Of a DNA stretch of 64,000 nt, positions 48,201-58,194 are shown piece by piece; position 1 is the first letter of the stretch; the number at the start of each line of letters is the position of its first letter. Made by a program: the position numbers and the translations under genes. Origin of the DNA: a bacterium (GTDB lineage: Bacteria; Auribacterota; JABMQX01); the NCBI GenBank assembly GCA_030691545.1, contig JAUYEE010000330.1, positions 459-64,458 of the forward strand, given 5' to 3'. Below the pieces are notes generated by a model. That model was not told the origin of the DNA. It ran no database searches and was given only the letters and a program-made list of their open reading frames with translations.

Positions 48201-50118
48201 GACCGTCCACCTGTCGCCAGCCGTAATTCATAATCGGCCCGCGAGTCGAGAAAGAGTAGCTGGCGTCGAGGACAGCGACGCTTCGTTCGTCAACCGCCCG
48301 ATCGAGGCCGTACACAACGAGCGGGTCGCGCTTCTGGTTGCCATAAACCTCCAGCTCCGCGACCGAGGTGAACCCGGCGACTCCTCCCGGGTAGCCGTAG
48401 AGCCGGACGCCCCGCGCTCGCACGGTTTGGAATGCAATATCGAAACGCGAGTAAGCCGTGCGTCCGAGTCGGGAGTCGGTGAAATCGTAAGGAGGAGAGA
48501 TCGCGACGTTCGGCGCCTCTTCCCAGGTGACGCCGTCTTCAGTGAACTGAACCGTGAGGTTAGTCCACCACCCTCCATCGTCGAAATGCATCCCTTCGTA
48601 ATAGACAATTTGGTCGAGGTACAGCGGCTCAGACCACAGGTAGCCGAACCAGTCTTCGTCGAGAGTCTCGTAGCCGTCGAAGGTGTCATAATTTTCGAGG
48701 AGGATTCCATTATTAATGGCGTTGAGGTTCTTCACACCCCCGCCGGTGGGGGAGCTGACGAGGGCGATTGGGATGGCGTCGGGCCGACGAGCGAGGTTGG
48801 GCATGGCGGTGACGGACACCTCGTTTGAAAGGGGTCCCTCGTGCGGGGGAAACGAGTTTTTTCCCGCGACCCGATAGTAATAGGTGACCCCCTCCTCAAG
48901 GAACCTGTCCTCGGCTGACGTGCCGCCGACGAAGGGCCGGATAGTCTGAAAGGAGGACATCGTGCCGTCGGGCAGTTGCTCGGCCCTCTTGACAACATAG
49001 CCATCGGCGTCGGGGATTGATCCCCAGTGAAGTGTCACGGAAAGGTGACCGACTTCCGCGGTGAGGTTGAGGGGAGGAACCGTCGGCGGATTTGTCGCTC
49101 TCACAGTGACAGTGGTGATGTCAGAATCCCAGCCAGTGGGGCCGGAGATGATCAGTCGGAAGGTCAAGATGACGGCAATGTCGAGGGGGGGCGCGACAAA
49201 TGGAGCGATGGACTGATCCGGGGCGCTGAGGATGACCTCCGGCTCATCGCCAACCATCACCTGTTCCCAGTGATAGGTATCGGGGTTCCACGAGCGGGTC
49301 CCATCCAGGAGAACTGTGTCTCCCTCATAGACTGTCTGGTCCGGCGGAGCGATCGCGACCGTGGATGCCTCAAGCTCCGGGATATGGAAGTTGCCAAATG
49401 TGGCCGTTGCGAGGACGCCGCTGACGTGGCTCGTCAAACAGATACCGACGTAAACCGGATTGGTCATGGCGAGCGAGTGGGTATTTTGGAAGGGGCGTTC
49501 CCAAGTTTCCCCGTCGTCGCTCCACCAGCCGGTGAACTCATTTCCGTTGCGGACGATTCGCAGCCAGATGGGGTATATGATGGGATTGCCGGGTTCGGAT
49601 TGTCCCGTCCAGGAAGCTAGAGAATTCGCCTTGTCTCTCCACTGGAACGCGACGCCATTGTCGCGGGTGGCAACGAGGTAAACGTCCTTGGAGCCGGGGG
49701 TGAGGTCCTGGCGAACCATGATGCCGGCTTTCGACCAGGAATGGGGCCAGCGCCCCTCAGGGTTGTCCACTCTCACGGAGACGGAGAAATCGCCGGACAT
49801 CTCGACGTAGAGGAAACGGAAATCGTCCTGGCTATCCCAGATGTCGTGTCCGTTGGCGGTTACGGTGTAGGTGTCGGTGAGCGGCTCATAGACGGTTGTG
49901 CCGGGAGTGGAGTCCCGGCCGAGAATGTCCGCGGACGTGAAAGGATACTCCACCCCCACGCTCACGGAGGTGAGGAGAAGGAACGACAAAATGCTCAGCG
50001 GTACGTGCGCCCGCACGGCACAATCCCTCGGTTCGGCGACAGGCTTTTTCTGATAAGAGTCATCCGGAGACGCGACAGGTGCGAAGGCGCGCCCACCGAC
50101 GATAGGGCGAAGCTCCAC
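45262..50118 (-). CDS. Giant secreted multi-domain protein (FN3/PKD-like repeats, carbohydrate-binding-like modules, C-terminal ...RFYRV domain)
   Basis: 1618-aa ORF, N-terminal signal-like region, many Ig-like repeats. Ends SSRFYRVVSE, like the 3969-6647 gene. Confidence 0.6.
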   Translation of the reverse strand: MELRPIVGGRAFAPVASPDDSYQKKPVAEPRDCAVRAHVPLSILSFLLLTSVSVGVEYPFTSADILGRDSTPGTTVYEPLTDTYTVTANGHDIWDSQDDFRFLYVEMSGDFSVSVRVDNPEGRWPHSWSKAGIMVRQDLTPGSKDVYLVATRDNGVAFQWRDKANSLASWTGQSEPGNPIIYPIWLRIVRNGNEFTGWWSDDGETWERPFQNTHSLAMTNPVYVGICLTSHVSGVLATATFGNFHIPELEASTVAIAPPDQTVYEGDTVLLDGTRSWNPDTYHWEQVMVGDEPEVILSAPDQSIAPFVAPPLDIAVILTFRLIISGPTGWDSDITTVTVRATNPPTVPPLNLTAEVGHLSVTLHWGSIPDADGYVVKRAEQLPDGTMSSFQTIRPFVGGTSAEDRFLEEGVTYYYRVAGKNSFPPHEGPLSNEVSVTAMPNLARRPDAIPIALVSSPTGGGVKNLNAINNGILLENYDTFDGYETLDEDWFGYLWSEPLYLDQIVYYEGMHFDDGGWWTNLTVQFTEDGVTWEEAPNVAISPPYDFTDSRLGRTAYSRFDIAFQTVRARGVRLYGYPGGVAGFTSVAELEVYGNQKRDPLVVYGLDRAVDERSVAVLDASYSFSTRGPIMNYGWRQVDGLPAVTIDNAESPLASFVAPGVASDTLLRFTVTASDGTDEKNDEVQIIIRNIATKADAGADFAAREGSIAQLDGTRSRTTSGSLTYNWRQISGPSVVLSEASSPRPAFTAPSVATFSEDLIFQLTVDDELGTLNSIRTDTVTVSVRSVVNTMAHMEKSGLIVIEAENYTFINRNGDDRGSYQVFEGDPTYVEVPDIPGIANIRNWENGAEISYDVELRHAGTYYLKIRRYVPHGRGHDGTTNNSCRIGINGNAVISQFDNAENYNRWAWCPGPASEPLVFPQPGSYTLNIRCREDGYRIDRILLYQPGAGHVPEDWSTELGPAESLPAPAIVCTRQLASHYTPGSTSAVSLHIDVNTPSRPATLVVTETFTGGNIAVLDPAGADASVPGRLVWTFSGGKVSSRAITYVLGIPKGLSSPANFSGYLSYGSEANQDILGPATLYPLPAAPSSVGVEMLDGAIVSWTASPDENVIAYHVYRSTDGITWTEIPGPLPPTPDPQPQTPFFDRTIRPGVSYVYRVTAENPAGARGPIESAPSTFPQTAPLVEIREAEDYNYGGGHFPGGPAAPSAVEASDTNNLAPDVDYFYQSASRSNTYRPQDAVDIRPGEDSSGWFMGYSTPGDWWRYTFDVPVAGYVKLVYRGATSGAASATLEFSWDEEPVGDLTYNTPGGWRDWTSFSLQPFFSGKGIHVLRMKLTSGSADYDYMALGYDWSLEGRNVIFGEDFERYAETDEVQSAGGWTVTSATPSDGAWQLWNTQGEVLTTAWGQPGPDLPGMSSNYMVSNGDFAPDTFLDEELVSPAINCSAYSAVSVEFSSHINIHEGDEEGDLQTTDFDISTYHPQTGLWSDWLTIFQRDRSFGDLSSAEPLTFDIATLADGKRVRFRWRFHNTHHDFWWAVDRIIVSGKPVEDKIRSLEILHDGRVTFSWGRFGTGYYVVQCSDDLTAGSWTNVEGTTWPIIATTWTGSLPPDSSSRFYRVVSE

Positions 50119-50251
50119 AACCCCTCTGCGCTGCCAGGCGCGTCACATTTGCCTCGCAACTCTGTGCTTCCTTATCTATTATACCAGAAACGGAGAGAAA
50201 ACGGCAGTGGGTCTTGGACCGAACCGCCGCGGCGACTGACGGGGGAGTTCG

Positions 50252-51283
50252 TCACACGACTCGCCTGACAAGGACGGTGAATGCCTCACGGGGGATATCA
50301 ACGAGAATCTGTCGGATGTCCGCCTCGTTGAAGTTTGCTTTTTTCAATGCTGGGATGAAGTCCGTGAAAAGCGTAGTGAACGGACGGAAATTGCCGCCGC
50401 GAGGTTCGCCGACCGAGTACCAACCAGCGTCGTGGGACACGAGGACCCGGTTCAGGACGCCTCGGTCTTTCATGGCGTTCACTTGCTCGACGCAGGTCGC
50501 GATACTGTTCGGGCCGACGTTGTCAATCTCGATCCAGGCTCCGGCTCTTGCGGCCGCAACTCGCGTCTCCACGTCCCAGCCGTTCTGCGCGTGAACCCAG
50601 ACGAACGCGCTGGCGTCCACCCCCTCTTCGCGAAGTACCTCCAATTCATTAAGCCCCGCTTCCGTTCCGCCGGTGTGAGAGGCGATGGTCAAACCGGTTT
50701 TCAGATGCGTGCGCGCCGCGGCTCGCACAAGCTTTCGGTCAATTTCCGAGAGCTTTCCCGAGTCCACGCCAATCTTGATGAAGCCGGGACGGATGCCCGT
50801 GCCTTCGATTCCCTCCTGCCATTCTCGCACCCACCGAGCGGCGAGTTGCTCGGCAGTCTCCTCGTGTGCATGCTTCGGGACGAACTTGTCATTCGCCGCT
50901 CCGTAGTAGCCCGTGTTGGTCATAACGTGCATCCCTGTCTCTGTGGATAATCTCTTCAACAGCTTGACATCTCGCCCGAGGTAGGCGGGCGTGCACTCGA
51001 CAAAAGACCGACAGCCGAGCTTTTCGATCTGTTCGAGAAATGGCAGAATCACCTCGAACGCCTCGTCCGCGTGGTAGCGATCCGGGCTGATTTTGTCGGC
51101 CCCAATGAAATCAACGAGGACATGCTCGTGCGGCAGTGTGACGCCCATCTCCTCAGGCGAAATCGGGCCCAGGACGGCCATCACGTTTCCCTCGTGGGGC
51201 AGAGATTCCGCGCCGGCAGCTCGCGTAGCAATACTACCGAGACACGCCGTGCCAATCGTTCGAAGGAAACTCCGTCTATTCAT
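50252..51283 (-). CDS. Phosphotriesterase-family (PTE/Php) metal-dependent hydrolase, Tat-signal
   Basis: Tat motif MNRRSFLRTIG. Metal ligands GVTLPHEHVLVDF. TIM-barrel PTE-like blocks. Confidence 0.8.
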   Translation of the reverse strand: MNRRSFLRTIGTACLGSIATRAAGAESLPHEGNVMAVLGPISPEEMGVTLPHEHVLVDFIGADKISPDRYHADEAFEVILPFLEQIEKLGCRSFVECTPAYLGRDVKLLKRLSTETGMHVMTNTGYYGAANDKFVPKHAHEETAEQLAARWVREWQEGIEGTGIRPGFIKIGVDSGKLSEIDRKLVRAAARTHLKTGLTIASHTGGTEAGLNELEVLREEGVDASAFVWVHAQNGWDVETRVAAARAGAWIEIDNVGPNSIATCVEQVNAMKDRGVLNRVLVSHDAGWYSVGEPRGGNFRPFTTLFTDFIPALKKANFNEADIRQILVDIPREAFTVLVRRVV

Positions 51284-51677
51284 TCTCTCGAAACCCTCCT
51301 GTTTCTATGTGTCCTGTCGAAACGAGCTTTTCGTGAAGACCCCTTTGCGTGCTTTGCGCCTTCGCGAGAGGTTCCCCTGCGCCTTTTCTCTCACGCCAAG
51401 ACGCGAAGAGAATTTCGACAGGATTCACAGGATTCTCACGACTGTGAAAATCATCCTGTCCATCCTGCTATCCTGTCCACGTCTTCCTCCGTGGCGTCTT
51501 TGCGCCTTTGCGCGAGGCGATCGTATCTTCCATCTCTGCGTTCTCTGCGCCCTCTGCGGTGAATCCTCCGCACAGAAAACTCTTGGGTTCGCTCATCAAT
51601 CATACTATCTTACCTTGAAAACTTGTGGGACTACTTTCCGGTTTCGTTTTTTAGCTGCTTCATGGAAAGGGAATCGA

Positions 51678-53063
51678 ATGAGTCGAGGAGAAACACGACG
51701 CGAGTTTTTATCGCAAATGGCAGGATTGGCCGCGTTGACGGCTGCTGGCTCAATCGCTGAGCCTGCCGAGAGGAGCGAGCCTCGCCGGCCGAGTATCGTT
51801 TTAGTCATCGCTGACGACTTAGGCTATGGCGACCTCGGCTGCTACGGTTGTCCGGATATTCGCACGCCGGTCATTGACAAACTGGCGTCGCAGGGCGTGC
51901 GATTCACGAGTTTCTATGCGAATGGTCCGGAATGTACGCCAACGCGAGCAGCCCTCATGACCGGGCGCTATCAGCAGCGCATCGGAGGACTCGAATGCGC
52001 CATCGGAACCGGAAACGTCGGCCGTTATGACGACGCGATCCGACTCGCCGAGAAACACGAGCTTGGTCTCCCTGTCGACGAAAAGTCCATCGCGCGAATG
52101 CTGAAGGATGCCGGTTACGCGACCGGACTTTGCGGGAAATGGCATCTCGGTTACGAGCCGAAGTTCTCCCCTCTCAAGCACGGGTTCGACCATTTCTTCG
52201 GCGTGCTCGGAGGAACCGCGGATTATTTCCATCACACCGAGCCGCAGGGCGATCCCATGCTCTATCTCAACGATAAGCCCGTCCAACGTGAGGGATACCT
52301 TACGGACCTGATTACGCAGGAAGGGGTCGGGTTCATCAAGAGACACAGAATCGTTGGGTTCTTCCTCGACGTCTCCTACACCGCCCCGCATAGCCCGTAC
52401 CAGCGACCCGGCGACAAAAAAGACAAGCCCGTGCCTCAGGCAGACTGGGATGTCGGGACGCGAGAGGACTACGCGGCTATGACGGAACACATGGACAAGG
52501 GCGTCGGGGAGATTTTAGCGGCGCTCGAGGAAGCGGGCGTCGCGGACAACACCGTCGTGATTTTCATCAGCGACAACGGCGGCACGGACAAGGGGCGAAA
52601 CGCTCCCTTCTCCGGTAACAAAGGAGGTCTCTTTGAGGGCGGGATACGCGTTCCGTGCATCGTCCGCTGGCCCGGAGTCATGCCCGCAGGAGCCGAGTCA
52701 AACCATCTCGCCATAACGATGGATCTGACAGCATCCATCGCCCGGATAGCCGGAGTCTCTCCGCCCGAAAACCGACCGTTCGACGGAGTTGACATTCTTC
52801 GACAAATCGAGCGAGAGCGAATCCCGTCTGAACGAAGGCTTTTCTGGCGAGCGCGACGCGGCGAACGAACCTGGCGAGCCGTCCGCAAGGGCTCCCTCAA
52901 GTACATCACGCGAAAAGACGGCGATAAGCTCGACGAATTCCTCTTCGACCTCGACCTTGACCCGCAGGAAAAGACCAACCTCCTTTCCGACCGAAAACCC
53001 GACGCCGAAAGCCTCAAACACCCTCTCGCAAACTGGGAATCCGAGGTTCAATGTCAACGATGA
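51678..53063 (+). CDS. Sulfatase (formylglycine-dependent), Tat-signal
   Basis: Tat motif SRGETRREFL. Signature CTPTRAALMTGRY (C-x-P-x-R) and GKWHLG. Confidence 0.9.
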   Translation: MSRGETRREFLSQMAGLAALTAAGSIAEPAERSEPRRPSIVLVIADDLGYGDLGCYGCPDIRTPVIDKLASQGVRFTSFYANGPECTPTRAALMTGRYQQRIGGLECAIGTGNVGRYDDAIRLAEKHELGLPVDEKSIARMLKDAGYATGLCGKWHLGYEPKFSPLKHGFDHFFGVLGGTADYFHHTEPQGDPMLYLNDKPVQREGYLTDLITQEGVGFIKRHRIVGFFLDVSYTAPHSPYQRPGDKKDKPVPQADWDVGTREDYAAMTEHMDKGVGEILAALEEAGVADNTVVIFISDNGGTDKGRNAPFSGNKGGLFEGGIRVPCIVRWPGVMPAGAESNHLAITMDLTASIARIAGVSPPENRPFDGVDILRQIERERIPSERRLFWRARRGERTWRAVRKGSLKYITRKDGDKLDEFLFDLDLDPQEKTNLLSDRKPDAESLKHPLANWESEVQCQR

Positions 53064-53116
53064 AGCAAGCAGTGCCGGCCGAACATTCCGACATGGTGCG
53101 AGGCCTTGAAACTCGC

Positions 53117-53145
53117 TTGACATTTGAGGTTTTTCCGAGATAACA
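53117..53145 (+). promoter_or_regulatory. Candidate promoter of the accessory four-gene island
   Basis: Perfect TTGACA (53117-53122), 17-nt spacer, ATAACA. Confidence 0.3.
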
Positions 53146-53214
53146 TGTGAATGGGTGATATTTCTCGGGACGTGAGGTGCTGAACGTGGCTGTCAAAGGT
53201 CCCCAAGACGACCC

Positions 53215-54147
53215 TTGGCCAAGGATAGATACATGGGTCTGGCAGCGTTAGTCCCTATCAATCGAGAATTTGTTCTGCGGAAATGCGCTTTGTTTCAGGA
53301 TGTGCACTTGTGGCCTCTCCGGCAAGAGTTAGATCCGGAACGCTGGCTGAGTAATTTTCTTCCTTCCGAGATCGATCACGCCGTCCACCTTCTGAACGCC
53401 TTCATGTACTTTAGCCGGGAGGTTATGAACCAGATGATGATCGCCGCTTTTCAGGGATTAAGTCACCTCCAGTGGTGGGGGAACGAGCCGTACATAAGCT
53501 CTCGTGCTGGGTGGCGATCATTCGTGGACAGCGTACTTATCACCTGCGTCACAGGAGAGCGCCCCAGCGACACGGACAGCGGGCACCATTTCCAAAGGAT
53601 GGCTCGGCAGGTTCTCGGGATTCCGGAACAGCGCATTTTGAGCCCTGAGGACACCCTTAGGGAGATTCTGAACCATGGACCTCGGTGCGTGGTCTTTGTT
53701 GATGATTTTGTGGGTTCTGGGAGGCAGTTCAGGACAACGTGGGCGCGCGACGTCGCCGTGACTAAGTCCGCATCGATCTCGTTCCAGAAGGTGGCGTCAA
53801 TCATGCCCGACAACAGGTTCTTTTATTGCCCCCTCATATGTACTCGTCACGGCGAGAGGGTGGTCCGAAACAAGTGCCCCGAAGTCGAGGTTTGTCCGGC
53901 ACACTTCCTAGAGCCCGAATATGGTGCCCTCTCGCCCGACAGCTTCGTTTGGCCCGATCATCTTCGCGCCTCGGCATACACCTTTCTTGAACAGGCAAGC
54001 GCTCGCGCCGGGATTGCCGACACTGAATGGCGAGGTATTGATGACCTTGGCTTGGTGCTCGCGTTCGAGCATAGTGTTCCGGACGCAGCCCTGAAAATGA
54101 TATATTGGGAGAAGAACAACTGGAAACCGCTGGTCAGGAGAAAATGA
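53215..54147 (+). CDS. Phosphoribosyltransferase-like protein (island gene 1)
   Basis: VVFVDDFVGSGRQF resembles the PRPP-binding motif of type-I PRTases. The rest is unrecognised. TTG at 53215 or ATG at 53233. Confidence 0.4.
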   Translation: MAKDRYMGLAALVPINREFVLRKCALFQDVHLWPLRQELDPERWLSNFLPSEIDHAVHLLNAFMYFSREVMNQMMIAAFQGLSHLQWWGNEPYISSRAGWRSFVDSVLITCVTGERPSDTDSGHHFQRMARQVLGIPEQRILSPEDTLREILNHGPRCVVFVDDFVGSGRQFRTTWARDVAVTKSASISFQKVASIMPDNRFFYCPLICTRHGERVVRNKCPEVEVCPAHFLEPEYGALSPDSFVWPDHLRASAYTFLEQASARAGIADTEWRGIDDLGLVLAFEHSVPDAALKMIYWEKNNWKPLVRRK

Positions 54148-56063
54148 GCAAGCAACCGCGCCCGCTAACAGCTGTGGAACAGGTTAGCCGGTGGTTCGGC
54201 AGCTTCAAGGCCGAATGGCTCAGGGAGCAGATGTACGATCTGTTTACAGAGCCTTCGTATTTTCCGGAAGTCACCTCCCCCCGTCCGTGCGTGCTGTTGG
54301 GGGGCCGAGGAACCGGCAAGACGACGGTGCTCCGCTGCATGTCCTACGAAGGCCGTTTCGCCTTGACGGGCGAGGCAATCGATGGCGTGCCAAAGTGGCC
54401 GTACTATGGCTTCTACCTGCGAGTGAATACGAACAGGGTCACAGCTTTCAGTGGCCCTGAGCTGACGGACGAAAGGTGGACGCGTGCATTCGGGCATTAT
54501 TTTAACCTCGTCCTGTGCACGCTTGTCTTTCGTTTCTTGGAGTGGTATCAGCTGCGCTGTCCCCAATCGGACTCGCTGAAGCCGAACGACTGCGCCGAGG
54601 TCGCGGCGAGTCTGCATCTAGGAGATTTGACGACCCTGCGTGATTTGCTGGCAGGTGCTCGTCGGGCATTGGTGGACTTCGAAGCATGCCTAAACAACGT
54701 GGCCGAGGGAAAACTGCCGCCACTTTCCATGCAGGGCGCCCCGCTCGATGCCCTCTTCGAGGCCTTGCCTCGCCTGCCGGACTTTGTCCACAAGACGTTT
54801 TTCTTTCTGATCGACGAATATGAGAACTTCCTTGATTACCAGCAGCGTGTCGTTAACACTCTCATAAAGCATTCCGGAGAGGCCTACACTTTCAAGGTGG
54901 GGGTCAGAGAGCTTGGTTGGCGGTGCCGCACCACGCTAAACGAAAACGAGCAACTGATCCATCCCGCAGACTATGAGCGCATCCATATCCAGGAGAAGTT
55001 GGATGGCGAGCCTTTCGTCAAACTGGCGCTTCAAGTATGTAATGAGCGAATAAAGAGATTGCGTATCCCAAGAAAACGTGTACCGAACCTCGAACAGCTT
55101 TTGCCTCCCCTCGACGAAGACGAGGAAGCGGAGTTACTTGATGAGGGCAGCGGAAAGTTAGAGGCGGCCGCACGGGAGCTGTCTCGAGCCGTCCCGCCGG
55201 AAGACTCCCCTCTGCTTCAGACACTGACCCCGCTTCAAAAGTACTTCTTGCTCTGTTGGTCGCAAGGCAAGGCGATGCCGCTGGAGCAGGTCTGGCGGCA
55301 GTTCCTGGACTCCACGGTCGAGCACGAAACGCGGTACATGAATTACAAGCACTCGATATTGTATACGTTACGACGCGGCAAGCGAGGCATCCAGAAGTAT
55401 TACAGCGGGTGGAGGGTATTTACCCAGTTGGCCGCATGCAATATCAGATACTTCTTGGAGCTCGTCGTGCAGAGCCTTCTGACCGCCCTCGAACACACTG
55501 GCCGGCTTGACAAGCCCATTTCGGCCAAGATTCAAACGCTCGCTGCTCAGGCTGTGGGCAAGAAGAATCTGTCTGAGCTCGAAGGCCTGAGTGTCTACGG
55601 GGGGCAGCTGACGAAACTGCTGTTGGGCTTGGGCCGGGTTTTTCAGACCATGGCCTCTGAACCACTCGGTCACGCACCGGAGGTAAATCAGTTCCACCTT
55701 GTGGACGGTGACCCACTGTACAGTGAGACCAAGACCGGCACTGATCAACCTGACGAAGTTGAATGTCTCTTGACATCCGCCGTGATGCACCTTGCTCTCC
55801 TGCGAAGTCCAGGAAGTAAGCTGGCAGACGAGACAGAGACTAAGGACTACGACTACATGATTCACCCTATTTTCAGCCCCTTCTTCGTTTTCAGCCACCG
55901 GCGCAAGAGGAAGATGTCTCTGAGGCGCGATCAGCTGCTGGGCCTCGTACACCATCCCAAAAAGACGATCCGGGAAATACTCGCGGCCCAGAACCGCGCG
56001 ACCGAGGACCCCTTGCCGGAGCAGTTATTGATGTTCCAAGGCTACTACGATGCCGATTCGTGA
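54144..56063 (+). CDS. P-loop NTPase (island gene 2)
   Basis: Walker A GGRGTGKTT. Walker-B-like FFFLIDEYENF about 190 aa later. ATGA start/stop overlap with gene 1. Confidence 0.6.
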   Translation: MSKQPRPLTAVEQVSRWFGSFKAEWLREQMYDLFTEPSYFPEVTSPRPCVLLGGRGTGKTTVLRCMSYEGRFALTGEAIDGVPKWPYYGFYLRVNTNRVTAFSGPELTDERWTRAFGHYFNLVLCTLVFRFLEWYQLRCPQSDSLKPNDCAEVAASLHLGDLTTLRDLLAGARRALVDFEACLNNVAEGKLPPLSMQGAPLDALFEALPRLPDFVHKTFFFLIDEYENFLDYQQRVVNTLIKHSGEAYTFKVGVRELGWRCRTTLNENEQLIHPADYERIHIQEKLDGEPFVKLALQVCNERIKRLRIPRKRVPNLEQLLPPLDEDEEAELLDEGSGKLEAAARELSRAVPPEDSPLLQTLTPLQKYFLLCWSQGKAMPLEQVWRQFLDSTVEHETRYMNYKHSILYTLRRGKRGIQKYYSGWRVFTQLAACNIRYFLELVVQSLLTALEHTGRLDKPISAKIQTLAAQAVGKKNLSELEGLSVYGGQLTKLLLGLGRVFQTMASEPLGHAPEVNQFHLVDGDPLYSETKTGTDQPDEVECLLTSAVMHLALLRSPGSKLADETETKDYDYMIHPIFSPFFVFSHRRKRKMSLRRDQLLGLVHHPKKTIREILAAQNRATEDPLPEQLLMFQGYYDADS

Positions 56064-56988
56064 CCATCCCCTCCCGACGCGTTGCTACGACCGAGTGGAA
56101 CGTTTCTCTCCAGAAATCGGGAGCGCGTACGTTTTCGGCAGGTCCGTTGAGGACAGGAGCGCGCATGTCGAGAAATGGACAGAACGTGGCGAGAGTGTGC
56201 AGTTCGTCCAAATTCTGGATGAAACACGCAATTCCTTTAGGATGGCGATCGCCGGGTGTTCGCAAGAAGTGCTTCTGAGGAGCAGCTCCCGACTGGCGGC
56301 TTTTTGGTCGAGTATTGACAGGCCGATGTGCTACCTCGATATCACCGGTTTGCCTCATCACATCTGGGCTCCTCTACTCCGCTCAGGATTGAGCGCCTGC
56401 CGGCGACTGGCCGCCGTGTACGTCGAACCGGCCGACTATCAGCTGAGCCCGGTCCCAACAGAGGGCGAGATTTTCGACCTCAGCGAAAAAATATCTGGCA
56501 TCGCCCCGATCCCTGGGTTTGCTTCGCTGACCGAGCCCGCTGACGAACGCGTATGCTTCGTTCCCTTATTGGGATTCGAGGGTATCCGCTTTGCGTATTT
56601 GGTTGAGCAGGTGCAGCCTCCAGGCGAGAGAATAATCCCCGTTATTGGCGTACCCGGATTTCGTCCCGAGTATCCTTTTCACGCCTTCCAGGCCAATATG
56701 TCAGTCCTCAAGGAGACCCAGGCTTGGAAGAGCGTGCGTTATGCCAGAGCCAACTGCCCTTTCAGCCTGTTCTACCTGTTGGAGGACATCGCAGAGCAGT
56801 ATCCGGAGCACCAGCTCAAGATCGCTCCCATTGGCACGAAACCGCATGCTTTGGGTGCCGTGCTGTTTGCCGCCACTAGCCGACGGCCGGTTGAACTCAT
56901 ATATGATCACCCCATTCGGAAGGCGAAGCGCACCAAGGACACGGGGCGGTTATTTGTATATTTCGTGTCGGCATTCGCTCAAGGGTGA
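56050..56988 (+). CDS. Hypothetical protein (island gene 3)
   Basis: Overlaps gene 2 by 14 nt. No family recognised. Confidence 0.4.
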   Translation: MPIRDHPLPTRCYDRVERFSPEIGSAYVFGRSVEDRSAHVEKWTERGESVQFVQILDETRNSFRMAIAGCSQEVLLRSSSRLAAFWSSIDRPMCYLDITGLPHHIWAPLLRSGLSACRRLAAVYVEPADYQLSPVPTEGEIFDLSEKISGIAPIPGFASLTEPADERVCFVPLLGFEGIRFAYLVEQVQPPGERIIPVIGVPGFRPEYPFHAFQANMSVLKETQAWKSVRYARANCPFSLFYLLEDIAEQYPEHQLKIAPIGTKPHALGAVLFAATSRRPVELIYDHPIRKAKRTKDTGRLFVYFVSAFAQG

Positions 56989-57007
56989 CATCCACCTGGA
57001 GCAGACA

Positions 57008-58102
57008 ATGGACCGGTTCTACACACCGCCGCAGCTTGCAGAAAAAGTGGTGCGAATGGCGTGCTCCGATGCACTGCCAGAACGGGTCGCCGACTTTGCT
57101 GCCGGCAGTGGCGGTTTGCTGCACGCAGCACTTACTCGGTGGCCGGGAGCGGAGATCGTCGCAACGGATATCGACCGGCAAGCCGTCGAGCACCTTCGCC
57201 GCTCAAATGCAACGTGGCGCGTCGGCAAATGCGACTTCCTCAACCGAAATTCGCGGGCGCGCTGTCGTGTCCTCTCTGAGATAAGGGGCGGTGTCCCCTT
57301 GGTTTTGCTAAACCCTCCTTTTTCGTGTCGCGGCGGCAGGCGATGGTCAGCCGGGCTGAATGGCACCGGTGTTCGCGTCAGCAAGGCATTAGCATTCGTA
57401 ATAACGGCAATATCATACCTGGCTCCCGAAGGGCAGATCGTCGCCATTCTTCCGGCAGGGACCGTGAGAAGCGATGGGGATCGGAGGGCCTGGGAACTGT
57501 TACGGGCGATTTGTTGCTGCAAGTCGGCAGCGATGGACGGGCGTAAGACCTTCGCGGGTTGCTACCCTCAGACTATCATAGTACGCTTGAAGCTACGCTC
57601 CCGCCATGTGCGGCTGGAAAAAGTCCGTCTGTGGCGCAGCGCATATGTGAAGGCAACCAAAGCGACCACAGTCTCCATCATACGGGGGACATTTCAGATG
57701 CACACCTTGCAGAGATACCGATCATCAAGCTCCGTGCCGCTACTCCACACCACTAGCCTTGACAGAACTGAGGTTGTCGCCCCGCGGGTGCGGGTGAGCA
57801 CGTCCAGAAGGAAAGTGAGAGGTCCCGCAGTCCTGTTGCCCAGAGTAGGACAGCCCGACCCGGCCAAAATCTGCCTTTACATGAAAAAGGAGCCTGTCGC
57901 GCTGTCGGACTGCGTGCTGGCTTTGCGCTGCACCACGTGCGCTGACGCCCGTTCGGTACGACAGGTGTTGCTCAAGAACTGGGGTGTCCTCGAAACACTT
58001 TACGGTGGTACATGCGCTCGATACATAACGATAATGCGTTTGACAAACCTGCTTGAATCCTGTGGATTGTCCGTTACGAGCGCCTCATCTGATCGGTCAT
58101 GA
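57008..58102 (+). CDS. N6-adenine DNA methyltransferase, gamma class (island gene 4)
   Basis: FYTPPQLAEKVV, motif I DFAAGSGGLL, motif IV LLNPPFS. GGAG RBS 8 nt before ATG 57008. Confidence 0.75.
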   Translation: MDRFYTPPQLAEKVVRMACSDALPERVADFAAGSGGLLHAALTRWPGAEIVATDIDRQAVEHLRRSNATWRVGKCDFLNRNSRARCRVLSEIRGGVPLVLLNPPFSCRGGRRWSAGLNGTGVRVSKALAFVITAISYLAPEGQIVAILPAGTVRSDGDRRAWELLRAICCCKSAAMDGRKTFAGCYPQTIIVRLKLRSRHVRLEKVRLWRSAYVKATKATTVSIIRGTFQMHTLQRYRSSSSVPLLHTTSLDRTEVVAPRVRVSTSRRKVRGPAVLLPRVGQPDPAKICLYMKKEPVALSDCVLALRCTTCADARSVRQVLLKNWGVLETLYGGTCARYITIMRLTNLLESCGLSVTSASSDRS

Positions 58103-58194
58103 GAAGCAGGGGGGGCCGGTACAGCGCCCAGCCGAAGAGCTCGTGAATCTGAGTCACCGTCACGCGGATTCCGCGTCTGCTCACAGTGAGGCGG

